Shown: positions 1-13,163 of the stretch, one piece after another
Numbering within the stretch: position 1 is the first letter of the stretch
How the letters are laid out: each line of letters opens with the position of its first letter
Source: Octopus sinensis
Lineage: Eukaryota
Direction of reading: 5' to 3'
Assembly (NCBI RefSeq): GCF_006345805.1
Contig: NC_042999.1
Span: 124,868,001 to 124,932,000, forward strand
DNA length: 64,000 bases
Notes under the pieces: model-generated
Databases searched by the model: none
What the model was told of the DNA's origin: nothing
Seen by the model: the letters and a program-made list of their open reading frames with translations, nothing else
Translations under genes and position numbers: made by a program

Positions 1-329
1 AAAGCTCTATTGGGTGTTTGCTTCAGTAATTTGATTCATTACAAAATGGTAATTTATATTTATTTTTTTATTAATGAATGTTTGTGGATACGTGAGCATG
101 TTTGCTCACATACCCACAATATTCTAGCAACACCACTTTCGTTACTTAACTAGTTAAAGTGAAACTTACTTGTAGCATAGTTTGATTTTTTTTTATTTGA
201 TATTTTATTTTTCACTGCTGTTATGCTCTCTTGGCTAGTTATGACATACATACACACACACACGCACACATATATACTCTGTCAAGCATGCACACTGACA
301 TTGCACATTGAATGTGCATTTCAAACATG

Positions 330-1291
330 CACAGGGATGTGCAATGTCATTGTGCATGTTGAACAATGTAAGCATCTTGAGAGAAAAGTTAGTGGTGTGC
401 AAGAGAGATAAATGTGTTGGTATGGCCATGTGATGCATATGGAGGAGGACAACTGTGTAAAGAACAGAGCTGTGGAGTCAAAACAAAAAATTTAAACTCC
501 GACTCCTACTATTGGCATCTACAACTCCTCTTTATGTAATTAAGTGATTGTGGTCTACATATCTCATAAAGCATATGCATACGCTTGTACTTTGAGTAAG
601 CATATATAAATGGTTTATACTAAAGAATAAAGATATTGTGAGTTGGAGTTGGTATAGTTTTACCGACTCCTCCTCCTCCTTAAATGTTTCTGACTCCACA
701 ACTCCAACCCCACAGCCCTGGTAAAGAAGTGCCGATCCCTGACTGTAGAGGGAACCTATGGTAGAAGTAGACCCCAGAAGACATAGGATGAGGTGGTGAA
801 GCATGATCTCCGAACTTTGAGCCTCACAGAGGCAATGACTAGTATCCAAGACCTTTGACAATATGCTGTAGTTGAGAAACCCATCAAGCCAAGTGAAATC
901 ACAGTCATGGCTGATGCTGGTGTTATGTAACCAGAAACTGTGTAGGTGGCACATAAAAAGCACCTTTTGAGCATTGAGCCTCGTGGAGGCAAAGTGGTTG
1001 AGCTCCTTTCGAATGTTGGGTCTCACAGAGGCAATGACCAAGACCTTTGGCATTATGTTGTGCTTGAGAAGACCCATCAAGCCAAGTAAAAATGCAGTCA
1101 TGGTAGATATTGGTGGCACATAAAAGCACCCATTACACTCTGAGTAGTTGGCATTAGGAAGGGTATTAAGCAATAGAAACTATGCCCAAGCAGACTGGAG
1201 TCTGGTGCAGCCTTCCAGTTTGCCAGCTCTGGTCAAGTCATCCAACCCAACCCAGCATGGACAACAGACGTTAAATGATGATGTTGATGAT
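330..1291 (+). mobile_element. 3' fragment of an RTE-clade LINE (ORF C-terminus, 3'UTR, (GAT)n tail), interrupted by a hAT MITE
   Basis: After removing 465-728 the frame reads ...WYGHVMHMEEDNCVKKCRSLTVEGTYGRSRPQKT*DEVVKHDLRTLSLTEAM, resembling the RTE RWYGHV...GRGRP..TW C-terminus; ends ACGTTAAATGATGATG. Confidence 0.8.
465..720. mobile_element. Non-autonomous hAT element (MITE)
   Basis: TIRs CAGAGCTGTGG / CCACAGCCCTG, internal GACTCC repeats, perfect 8-bp TSD GTAAAGAA (457-464, 721-728). Confidence 0.9.
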
Positions 1292-1677
1292 ACTGCAGCT
1301 GTGCTGTTTGGCATTTAGATTGTTCTATTACATTTGAAACTAGACAACAATACTTTAAACAATTTATTATTGCTTCTTCCTTCCCTTTTCTATATATGTA
1401 TACATCCTTTGTGTTCTGTTTTTAATTTATATTTGATATATATATAAAATATAAAAGAGAAGGAAGATACATGCATACCTATGTATGTATAATCTGTTTG
1501 TGGACTAATCACAAATGCACCTGTTCCATTTAAATGTTAGTATCTTCAATAATTTCAATAAACTGTCTATTGAGTTATGTCAGTTTCTAGCAGGTGCAAT
1601 ACAAATTTATCTTCATCTCTACCATATCTTCAAAAAACATTTTAAAAATTTCTATACTGGTTTTTTTTTTCATGTTT

Positions 1678-1678
<1 letters not shown>

Positions 1679-1760
<82 letters not shown>
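1679..1760. repeat. (AC)n(AT)n compound microsatellite
   Basis: Direct reading. Confidence 0.97.
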
Positions 1761-1761
<1 letters not shown>

Positions 1762-2109
1762 TAAATATGTTTTCCTAGACATTTTTATTTATTATAGCCT
1801 TTCATATAACCTCTTTATAAATATTCTTGTTGCCTTCATATTTAGTATAAATGAAATAGGTATGTATATTATAGTGTTATAAATGAACATTGGATTATTC
1901 GACTTCTTTATTTGAGTAAATCAAACCAATATAAATACTATTTTATGTGTATTTATTTTTTGGCATGTTTGGTCGAATTGGCTGATTGCCTGAAGGATAT
2001 TTAACATACCTCACACATCATTCCTATCTATTTACCCGCTCTGTCTTCTATAACTAGACATCTTGTATTAGTACATTTATATTTCAATCGATTGAGAGTA
2101 ACTGTTCAT

Positions 2110-2300
2110 GTGTATTATATTTCCCTGTCTCTAGCCTTGCTCACCTCTACTTTTTGGTCATTTCAAGTTAACCTCCATGCTCCTTGCCTACAGACTACTT
2201 TCATTTCATTCTTTCCCTAAGCAGCTCCACCTCTTGGTGAGCACACGTCCTATCCAATTTCCCTCCAGTTGCTTTACTTTGTTCTTCTGTTTTCCCTATT
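2110..2300 (-). mobile_element. Decayed RTE-like LINE ORF C-terminal fragment
   Basis: Minus-strand GNWIGRVL and KARDRE motifs, with stops. Confidence 0.45.
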
Positions 2301-2758
2301 TTTAAAATAAGGCTGTTATTTTTAAATACTATCCTTTGTTTAAATATACATTAACACACTTATTTTCCATTTGTTCTTCCACTTTAAATCGTTGGTTTAT
2401 GTCCAGTATTTCAGATGTCAGGTTTTGTGAATATATTTGAAAGCGACAAGATATTTTATGAAAATGCTCTTAAAAGCAACTTAAAAATGAATAAAATGTT
2501 TCTGTTTGAGTATTTCTAATTTCTAATGTTGTTGACATCATAAGAATTTATAAGTTTCAGGAAAACATTAAATAAAAAAAAAAACCCTTTGAAGGTTACC
2601 TATGAGAAACTTTTTTCTATTCAACATGTTTTTTAACCCAATTTTTACACACTATTTATAGCTCTATGTGCTTTGAGATCTCCTGTTCCAAAAAAAAAAA
2701 AAAGAACATTATGTACTTTTTATTCTGTATATCATTTTATTTTACTTTCAGATGTGCC

Positions 2759-3060
2759 ATGCCAAGTCATGACCCTGTTTCTCCAAAAGAGGAGGGCTCC
2801 AACCATTCTAAATGTGGTGAAAAGCCTCAAGAGGGACAAGTTGGGTTCACCACAAAACATGCTCTGTTAACATTTTATGAGGAACTGCTAAATGAAGTAC
2901 AGTTTGCAGAAAATGCACTTCGATCACGGAAAATCTCAGATCAACTTCACTGTTTCAACCATAAATATGTGAAGTCAGTTTTGCATTGGACAAGTTTTCT
3001 GATCCTATTTAGTCTCGCAATCATCTTACTTTGGGCTTATGAGTACCGATACCAAGAGGA
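2759..3060 (+). CDS. TMEM94: TMEM94 coding exon 1 (exon begins at 2752, after an acceptor)
   Basis: Acceptor TTTCAG ends at 2751; ATG at 2759; MPSHDP...GFTTKHALLTFYEEL...SVLHWTSFLIL...YQE; donor GTAAGT at 3061, phase 2. Confidence 0.85.
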
Positions 3061-6000
3061 GTAAGTAAATGATTTTTGTTTATTTTTGTTTTGTTTTCCC
3101 TTATGATTTCTCTTTTAATTTAAAAAGTATTTATGAAGCTTGTAAAGTAATGTATTTATTTGCAAAAATGCAGGAAACAAATTTAATTTCAATCTATTTA
3201 GTGTTTAAACATACTGATGAATGATATGTTAAAGTACTTTTTTGTCCAAGAATATTACAATATAACAAAAAAGCTGATCTAGTAGTAATAGTCATCAATA
3301 AATAAACAAACTCTGGGATTGAGAACTGAAGATAAATAAGTATTGTGTTTGTATGGGGTTTAATAATTTTGACAGATTACTGTAGTAGGGATTATTTTTC
3401 AAAGGGTAATTGGGTACAGCAGAAATCAGTGTATGTATCAGACAGATAGACAAGTATAACAATGGGATTAACTCAATTAAGTAGATAATCAAGAGGTTTT
3501 ATTTGAACAGTTTCAAGGGTAGTGATAGTTGTTTATAGAGGAGTTATCTTCAATTGAAAAAATGCGGGTATTGTTGAAAATTTCTTTTTCACAAACATCC
3601 CAAGTTAAAATCGGTATCTTTTTGGGATTAGAAGGCTAGAAATGACTATGAACAATGCCTCTCCTCTTCAGATTAACAAATAGAAAAAATAAATCGCTGC
3701 CATTTCTTTAAATTTAGAAAATATATTGTTTTTGCTAAATGCTGTTTTTAATTATCATAAAACTCTTCCTAAAAGTGCAGAATGTCCTCTTTTACACAAG
3801 CTTAGTATGTAGCTGCTATAATGTATTATGTAGGATTCAGTATATTGGTTTCTTTCGTATTCTTCTGATAAACCTGAGGGTCAGAACTATTAGAAGTAAG
3901 ATAAATAGGAATGGCAATGTTCATACTTTTACCAAAGGTATTAATAGCATAAGTTGAACTCGCTTCAACTTGTAAAATTTTAACCAGATTGTAGACTTAG
4001 TTGCTTGGAACTACAGCAGCTACCATTGTATTAACAGTTTGCAAATTTTCATTACTTCCGTTTGTGGATATGTAGAGCACCAGACAAAATGACTTGTGGT
4101 GTTCAGTTATCCTTTGACTTTGTAAAGTTGACTTTACATTTTATTTATCCAAAACCATTAAAATTAATCCCAGTGAAATACTAAGGTTGTTCTAATTAAC
4201 TGTATGCTTACTCAAATTATGGTTTAGTGCTTATGTTGGAAATTATTATTCTTGATAAAAGGATTTATTGGCTTCTTTGTCAATGAAGAATGCTGCTGTT
4301 CACAAGATCTAATGCTTGTTGTATTAGTATATAAAATCACATTTGTAGCTTTGGGACTCTTGCCCAAATTAGTAAAAAGAAGGAAATTGAGTGGACAGAA
4401 ATTGTGAAGTATCAGACTTCATTTCTGGGTTCATATTCCTCTACCATTAATTAAATACCTATTTCTTTATAACCCATAAGGGGCTAAACATAGAAGGGAC
4501 AAAGACAGACATAGGTATTAAGTCGATTACATCGACCCCAGTGCATAACTGGTACTTAACTTATCGACCCCGAAAGGATGAAAGGCAAAGTCGACCTCAG
4601 CGGAATTTGAACTCACAACGTAACGACAGACGAATTACGGCTACGCATTTCACCCGGCCTGCTAACGTTTCTGCCAGCTCGCCGCCTGGCTGTAGAACTA
4701 CCTCAACAAATTCCATCCAATTCATATGAGCATGGAAAAGTGAATGTTAAAACAATGATGATAACACTGTTACTGATTTAATCAGTTATTCCATTGTATA
4801 AAATTGTGTACATATGTAGTAATTATTAGAATGGTGAATTTGGCAGAATTGTTAGAGTATCAAATAAAATATCTTGCAGTATTTGTTCTGGTACTTTACA
4901 TTCAGACTTCAAATCCCATCAAGGCCAACTTAGCCTTTTATCCCACCGGGATTAATAAAATAAATTGACTCAAGTTGTGTACTGGACTTTATTATATCAG
5001 TCAACCCCTCCTGCCAAATTTTAGGCCTTGTGCCTAAGATATTTATCAAGTTATCAAGGACAGTTGGTTCATGTAAGCATCTACATGTTGGACAAAATAC
5101 CTTGCATTTATTCCAACACTTTACATTGAGTTCAAATACCATGAAACTCAGCTTTGCCTTTTCTCCTTCCAGTGTCAATAAAATAAAGTACCAGTCAAGC
5201 ACTAGGGCCAATTTGACTACCCACCACCTTACTCTACAAGAGAATTTCAGTCGTTGTGGTTTTGTTTGAAACATGTTGTTTTAATTCCCTCATATTGGTT
5301 GATTACAATTAATTTTCACTTGAGGATATTTATTAGAACAGTTCTTCTCAACCATCAAAAATGTACTAACTTTGCTTTCATTTGATGTTCTGAAGTTGCC
5401 ACATTCCTTTCTCTTCATCGTAATCATTTAATTTGATATCATTACATTTTTGTACAAAAAAAACAAACCCTGCTTTCTCTGCCCATCAAAAGGGTACTAT
5501 TGCTAGTTCTACTTTACCATTCTTTTTAAGTATTCCTCAGTACGTTTAATCGTATATCAGTAACTTCATTAGGAATATTTCCTCATGATAAACCAGTAGT
5601 TACAGCATTCTAGATAAAGCAATAAATAATATTGAATATTTGATTAACATAGTTACTAATCATGTGCTTTGTTCAGAAAATATATTTATTAGTTTGCCAT
5701 TTTATTTGGTTTGTTTATTTTTGGGGAGGGTATATTTTTTTGTTGTTAAATATTATTTCTATTTGTTTATTTGTTTCTCAATATGATTGATATGAAATTT
5801 GAAAAGCACAATTAAATTTATATTGCTTGTGGTATTACAGTGCTGAAGTTCTGGTTTATGAGTTCAAACTTTGCTACAGCTCTATATAGTTCAATTGCCC
5901 CAATCACTTCTGTTTGTGTAAATCTGTCATGTTGAGAAAACTCATAAAAGAATATTTTGATCATCATCACTTGTATGTTCTGTTGCACTGAAAGTTGAAA

Positions 6001-8807
6001 TTTCAAAAACATATAGTCTCTATTCTAAAAACAGCCAGGAGTTTGAGAAAAAATTCTCTTTCTACATTAACCCTTATACTGTAGAATTCAGAGATATCCA
6101 CTCAAAATTTCATTACACTTAACTGCAGAAAGTGGTTTTATATAACAAATTATCTTTTGTTGAGGAATGTTATATTGGAAACTATTTCTTGTCAAGATAT
6201 GTCAAGTTCACTGAGACAATGTGACTTGCAGAAAATACCAGTTTTATTTTTTAGTAGATATTTAACATTACTAGAATAACCAAGAAATTTAATTTCATTG
6301 TTAGAGGGTTAAGCATTCTATCAGAATTGATAATAAAAAAAAAGAAAAAAAAGAAACAATCCAAAGTGGCTGGTTGGCAGAATTGTAAGAATGTTGGACT
6401 GGATGTTTTGCAGTATCTCTTTTGACTCTTTGCATTCTGAGTTCAAATTTACTTTAGGTGGTACACCGAATCTATCACCTAGCACTGTGTTTCTCAACCA
6501 TTTTTTTACTTATGGACTCTTTTGATTTCTGTCTTACTCAAATGGACCATCTTAGCCATTCGATGTTTAAAAAAATCCTATTATATTTTTATAATTAAAT
6601 ATTATTAGGAATTGTTTAAAAAAATATTTTGTATATAGTGGAAGGATAACCAATTTATTGCAGATAAATTTTAACAAAATCTATAGACAATAGTTGAGAA
6701 CCACTGACTTAGCACCTTGGGTGCATTTAGCAAAGTCCACTCTGTTGCAAACTTTCAGACCAGCTCTCTAATTTGAAGATATCTTCTTCCCCACTTCCCA
6801 CCTTCTGTCCTGACCATAAGATAAAATTAAAAGCCAAGTAAACAATCAGTGTTTGTGTCATGTTCATAAGCAAGCACATGTTTTCCATCTCAGTCTGCTT
6901 AGCTGAATAAGGGTGCAATCTCCACTTCATAGTTGAGCCATGTTAACTGTAGAAAAGGATATCTGTGGAAAACATTTCTCCTTAAAATATACAAAAAGGT
7001 CAGCATTTCCTAGATCATTTTTCACACCCTACTTATATGCTGGAATAGAAAAAACATTATGTAGACAAGAAAAACATTATTATTTCAGTAATGGTCGAGA
7101 TAATGATAGTTTATATCCAATCCATTGATGAAGTAATTTGATATTTCCCTTGAACATTTCAAGTAATCTATTTAATAACAGCACATTAATAACATAACTT
7201 AGAATGTTCTGGAACTAATAGATATAGCATAAACCAATATTAATTGATGCTAAACTATTTATTTTATTCTTTCTCTCTCTCACACACACACTCACTCACT
7301 CACATATACACACAACTTTATACTGCAAAGAAACTTCAGTCTCTAGTTTTCTGGTTTATTGCCATTTTATCCAGCTACAAGCACTAAACTACCAATAGAC
7401 TATTAGGTTTAGTGCTGAGGTAAAATATTTAACTCTATTATGTAGTTTCTGGAATTTCAGCTCTCCTATCCATAGCTATATTTATAAATACCTAATTCCT
7501 ATACTTTTTATCTCTCTCATATTATCTAATGGTTTTGGACCTGTCTCACTTATGCCAGCATATAGAAAGCACATGTAAAATGATGATAATGGTGGTAGTT
7601 GTAATGCATTCTTGATTAGACATATACACCAGATATCAATACCAAAATTTTGGTGATCCACAGCAGGTTTTATATCCTAATATGTTACAGTCCAATTAAA
7701 AATAAATAGGTACTGCCATTGCTAAGAAGCTCATTTTGCAGCACATGGTTTCAGATTCAATTCCAGTGTAGCAACTACTGTTGCACTGGGCCAGTTAATA
7801 CTTAGTGGTTGAATTTGGTAGGGAGAAACTGTGTCGAAGCCCATTGTGAGTGTGTGTATGTGTGTGCGTCCCCTCATTCCACTGCTTGGCAATTGGTGTT
7901 GCTTTGTTGTACATCTCCATAACTTAGCAGTTCAGCAAAAAAGACCAATAGCAAAAGTACCAGGCTTAAAATTTTTAAAAAAGGTAGCATTGGGGTTAAT
8001 TTGTTAATCTGAATCCTTTGAAGTGGTTCCCCAGTATGGCCACAGTTCATTGACCAAAGCAAGTCCATGATGAAAAATAAAATATACATTTGGATGTCCA
8101 TAAAGTTTTCATGAATTTTGCGGATCACTTTCTGAAAAAGTGCCCCTCAGTGTTCTGGATTGTTCAATTTCACATAAAGCATTGGTGTGGGTGCTGGTGC
8201 CATGCAAAAAAAGTACCTTGTACACTCTTTAAAGTGGTTAGCATTAGGCAGGGCATGAAGCTGTAAAAACCAAGCCAAAACAGACTATGGAACCAGTTCC
8301 TGTTAAGCTGTCCAACCCATACCAGCATGGAGAATGGATTTTAAATGTTGATGATAATACTGTTCATTACATGAATGCCTTATCAGAGAAATAGAAACAG
8401 CAACAGAAAATGGAAAATACAGTGTGTATTATGTTTGCTGTATGAACTTTCAGTGCATGGTCAAGTAGTTAAAATAGAAGTTTGGTTTGTAATCACAGTA
8501 TGCTATGTTCAATCCCACTGACTGGTACCTTGGGTGATCCACTGATTAACCCAAACCTTGAATGTGGAGTCCTATCAGATGGACTGGACCAGTGTTTCCA
8601 AGGCCTGTATTTAACACACTCTTCCTCCTTCTCTCTCCCCCCCCTGAAAATCAGGCCACTGTTACATCTATCAATGGAGTATTCATTCACTTTGACTATA
8701 ATTCAATGAATAGATAATTCCATATAATGAAATTGACACTAGTTCAATCATTATAATTGTGTGTGTGTGTGTATAGACTGATGTATGTACATGTATACAT
8801 ATGTATT

Positions 8808-8847
<40 letters not shown>

Positions 8848-11762
8848 AAACCTTCCTCTGCTGAAACACATATGAGATCCATGATCTATGGAATAATATT
8901 ATTTATCAATTCTTGATTTGTACCCACTTGTCAGTTTTCTTACCAGTGTTTACCTCTTTTGCCAATACACATCACTGAAAGATACATTTGCACATGCACA
9001 TACCTACATGCATTCATGTGCATTTGCACACATAGTCTTCCACTCAGTTTCTGTCTGCCACATTCCACTTTGAAAGCCTTTAATCTAAAACTTTTGTAGA
9101 AGATACTTGCCCAAAATGCAATGCTGTGAAATCAAACTAAGAACTACATGGTTGCTAAGCAAGCTTGTCAACTACACTATTGACTTCAGAATTTTGGTTT
9201 CAAATTTTGACACAAGACCAGTAAATTCAGAGCTGGGGGTAAATTGATAAAATAAATCCCGGTGCTCCACTGGTATTTATTTTTTCAACCCCGAAAGGAT
9301 GAAAGGTAAAGTGACCTTGGTGGAATTTGAAATCAGAATGTAAAGACAGATAAAACGTTACTAAGCATTTTTCCTGGCGTGTTAACAATTCTGCCAGCTC
9401 ACCACCTTGATTGACTTCAGTATATTGCTAGTTCTTTCTTACTCTTTAGCATTTAAACCAACCATATACGGCCCAAATATTCTACCTGTTTTATGCTCGA
9501 ACTGGCTTGATTTAGCCTCTCACACCTACTCAACACTGTTATACTAAAAACATACAATCACATAAGTAAAATTTCAATGTATGATTAATTCAAAACATGT
9601 AAGTAACTAAGAATTATATTTGGCAGAATAATCTGAATACTAAAAGGTTAATGACTCCAGATGAATGAAAAAACCAGGTCAACTTTTGTGGGTTTTGAAC
9701 TCAATATTGCAGTATTAGGAAGGGCATCCAGCTGTAGAAACACTGCCAGATAAGACTGGAGCCTGGTGCAGCCTTCTGGCTTCCCAGATCCCCGGTCGAA
9801 CCGTCCAACCCATGCTAGCATGGAGAACGGACGTTAAACGATGATGATGATGATGATGATGAAACATTTAATCTAGTACTACTATTTCTGCCAATTCACT
9901 GCTCTGTTTTTTATTTATTAATGTTTCTTTGTATACTGAGAAAACAGAAAAAGAGTAACAATTCTGTATTTTTGAAGTTGTAACTAGAGTAGCAAAACAT
10001 GTCAAATATTAATCTTTTGACTGTATCTGCATTTCAGTAAGAATAGCTTGGCTAAATGGTGAAGAAGTTTGCTTCATAGCCAGAAAGTTCAGTCCCACTC
10101 TGTGGTTTCTTGGGTAAATGTCATTTTCTTAAAGCCTTGAATGAACTCATACTGTGTGGGTGTAACTAGATAGATGGAAATTATATAGAATCTCATTGAG
10201 TGGATTGCATTTGTAAATCAAATGATGCACCCTTGGCACACATGACACACACACACGTGTTACACTAATTATGCTTGAGCATTCCACATTTCTGTGGAAT
10301 GCTCAGCCACTTATATATTAATTCAGGAGCAGGTGATTTAGTGTTGAATGATGGAGATCCACCACTACATTAATTGTATAATTTCTCTGGATCACCTGCT
10401 TGTGTCTTTCCCCACCACCACCTCTTTTTTCATGTGTAAAAGTTTCTATTTATGAGAAACTCACTGACCAAGAAGATCATCATCACTATTATAATAATAA
10501 TAATTATTATTATTATTTAATATCCATTTTCCATGCTTGCATGTGTCAGATGGTTTTACAGGATCTGACAAGCCACAGAGCTGCATCAAGCTCCAATGTC
10601 AGCTTTGGCATTGTTTCTACAGCTAGATGCCCTTTCTGATACCACCCACTTTGAAGGGTGCTTCTTCCTGGGTGCTTTTTTCATGCCACTGGTATAAGTG
10701 AGATTGCCAAGTAACTTGCAAGATATAAAAATTAAAAACTCCTTTAACCCTTTTGATATCAACCTGCCTGAGACGACCCCTAGTTCTAGGATACAAACTT
10801 CCTGTTTGATGTTAATTTATGTTCCAAATACCAGATTGACAATGATAAAGTTATTTTACAAAATTTTTTATTTTCAAAATTAATTAAAACAAAAGTAGTG
10901 TAGTTCAACAGAAATATGTTAACATAAGGGTTAATAGTAGAACTCAAGGAGTTGAGTCCAAAAATAACACTGCTCTATAAAAAGCTTTGTGCTTGAGAAG
11001 ATTCATCAAGCCAAGTGAAACCATAGTTGTGGCTGTTGCCTGTGTCATGTAAATGGCACCCATGCAGGTGGCCCATAAAAAGCACCCAATGCACTTTTGG
11101 AGTGGTTGGTGTTAGGAAGATCATCCAGCTGTAAAAACCATACCAAATCAGACTGGAATCTGGTGCAGCTCTCTAGCTTACCAGTTCCAGTCAAACTGTC
11201 TAACCCATGCCAGCATGGAAAGCAGATGTTAAATGATGATGATGATTATATCACCCTTGTGTGGTAGACCATCCATCAATGGGTTTAATACCTTTGCCTG
11301 GCTCTTTGGTTCCTTTTACAGAGATTCCTCTCTTGCAAGTATTCCCACTATGTCATGAGTTTCTTCCATCACCAGTTCTTGAGATCTTGCTAAAATATGT
11401 AATGTATGCTGCCTGCCATTCCTCCTCTAATTATTTTGTCAAAGAAATCTCTTTTTTTTCCTTTATAAAATGAAAGCTGAAATCTCAAGAGAGAAAGAGA
11501 GAGAGATAAAAGAAAAATATCACTTTATAATCTTTTGTGCTTTACTGAAAGAACTTATTGGCTTTCCCATTTTGCTCTTATATAAAATACAATCGAAATA
11601 TATTGAAGAGCTTTGATCTCATAATAAACAACTGGGAATAGAATGGTGGCCCATATATAGAGAGAAACTGGAAATGATATGCTGTTTTGGGAAGTGGAAC
11701 TCTTACATGAGCTACATAAACTAATTAAAAGGTTATGTATAAATGTATGTGTTTGTGTATGT

Positions 11763-11798
<36 letters not shown>

Positions 11799-13132
11799 TT
11801 ATGTATTTGCTTTGCAAGATTGCTGATGCTGAAATTGTGTGTTGCAACAGATATCATTGTATTAGGGGTTGGTCATATTTTTGCCGGTTAAACATACACA
11901 CTATATACTTGGTCTTCACTTCAGCTTTATTATTATTATTTTAGTGTCCTTTGTCTAAGTTCTGTCAAAGAGCTTAGACAAAGAACACTTTAATGATAAT
12001 AATGATGCTGAAGTGAAGGCCAAGTATATAGTGTGTGTGCATGTGTGTTTAACAACTACACATGCACACACACACACACACTTATATGTGCAGGCTTGGC
12101 TGGGTAGTTAAGATGTTTACTTCTGAATGTCGTCATTTTGGGTTCAGTATCCCTGGCAACATTTTTGGTCGTGTATACTACTGTAGCTCTGGGTTGACCA
12201 ATTCTTTGTGAGTGAATTTGGAAGATGGAAATTCTACAGAGCCTGTCATCTATAAATATTAAAAGTCAGCTTGAATCTTACTTGCAATGTTACCCAAACT
12301 GAAGTATAATGGGAAAATACTATGAATTAACTTTACCCTGAAATGTGAATACGAACAAAATGAAACAAGTTTCACGTAAATCGGAGCAGTAGTTATTGAG
12401 ATGAATACCCAAAATGGTGCATAGTGGGAAAATGCTCCAAATTTAACTTCGTCCTGAAAGGGAAGAAACTTTAACCTTTCTGTGTCACATTCTTTGAAAG
12501 CATGCAAAATAACCTTGAAAAGAAAAAACCCATGGAACAAAACTCCATTGCTGGGAAACTGTTTCCTGGTGACCCAACGGGTCACAGGTAGTCTATTATA
12601 AATATATCTATATATACCCATTTGTCTATCTATCCATGTGTGTGCAGGCATGGCTGTGTAGTAAGAAGGTTAATTCTCAACCAGAAGATCCCATGTTCAA
12701 TCCCACAGCAGAGCACCTTGTGCAAGTGTATTCTACTATAACTCTGGGATGATCAAAACCTTGTGAGTGAATTTGGTAGACAGAAACTGAAAGAAACCCA
12801 TATGTGTAGGTGTGTGTGTCTCTGTGTGACTGACTGACTGCCTCCATATCTAGACATCACATGATGGTGATAAACAAATGTTACCAACATGTGAGTAGCA
12901 TCCTTCATTTGCAGTATTCTGTGAAAACATGTCTGGAAACAGATAAGGGTTAGCAACAGGAAGGACATCCAGTTATAGAAAATCTGCTTCAATAAAATCC
13001 ATGCTTCAATAAAAGCATGGAAAAGTGAATGTTAAAATGATGGTATGTGTGTGTCTGTATGCATGCGTATTTGTGTGTATGTGTGTGTGCATGCATGTAC
13101 ATGTGTATGTATGTATACATATATGTGTGTAT

Positions 13133-13163
<31 letters not shown>

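Noticed and set aside
532-1173. 213-aa minus-strand ORF (and overlapping ORFs)
   Set aside because: Antisense read-through of the RTE 3' fragment and hAT MITE; no protein-like features.
2666-2758. Upstream ATG/TTG extension of exon 1 in the ORF track
   Set aside because: Runs through a poly-A tract and the polypyrimidine tract of the acceptor at 2751; intronic.
4600-4687. tRNA gene
   Set aside because: A/B boxes are present but continue into a multi-copy SINE body; no complete cloverleaf.
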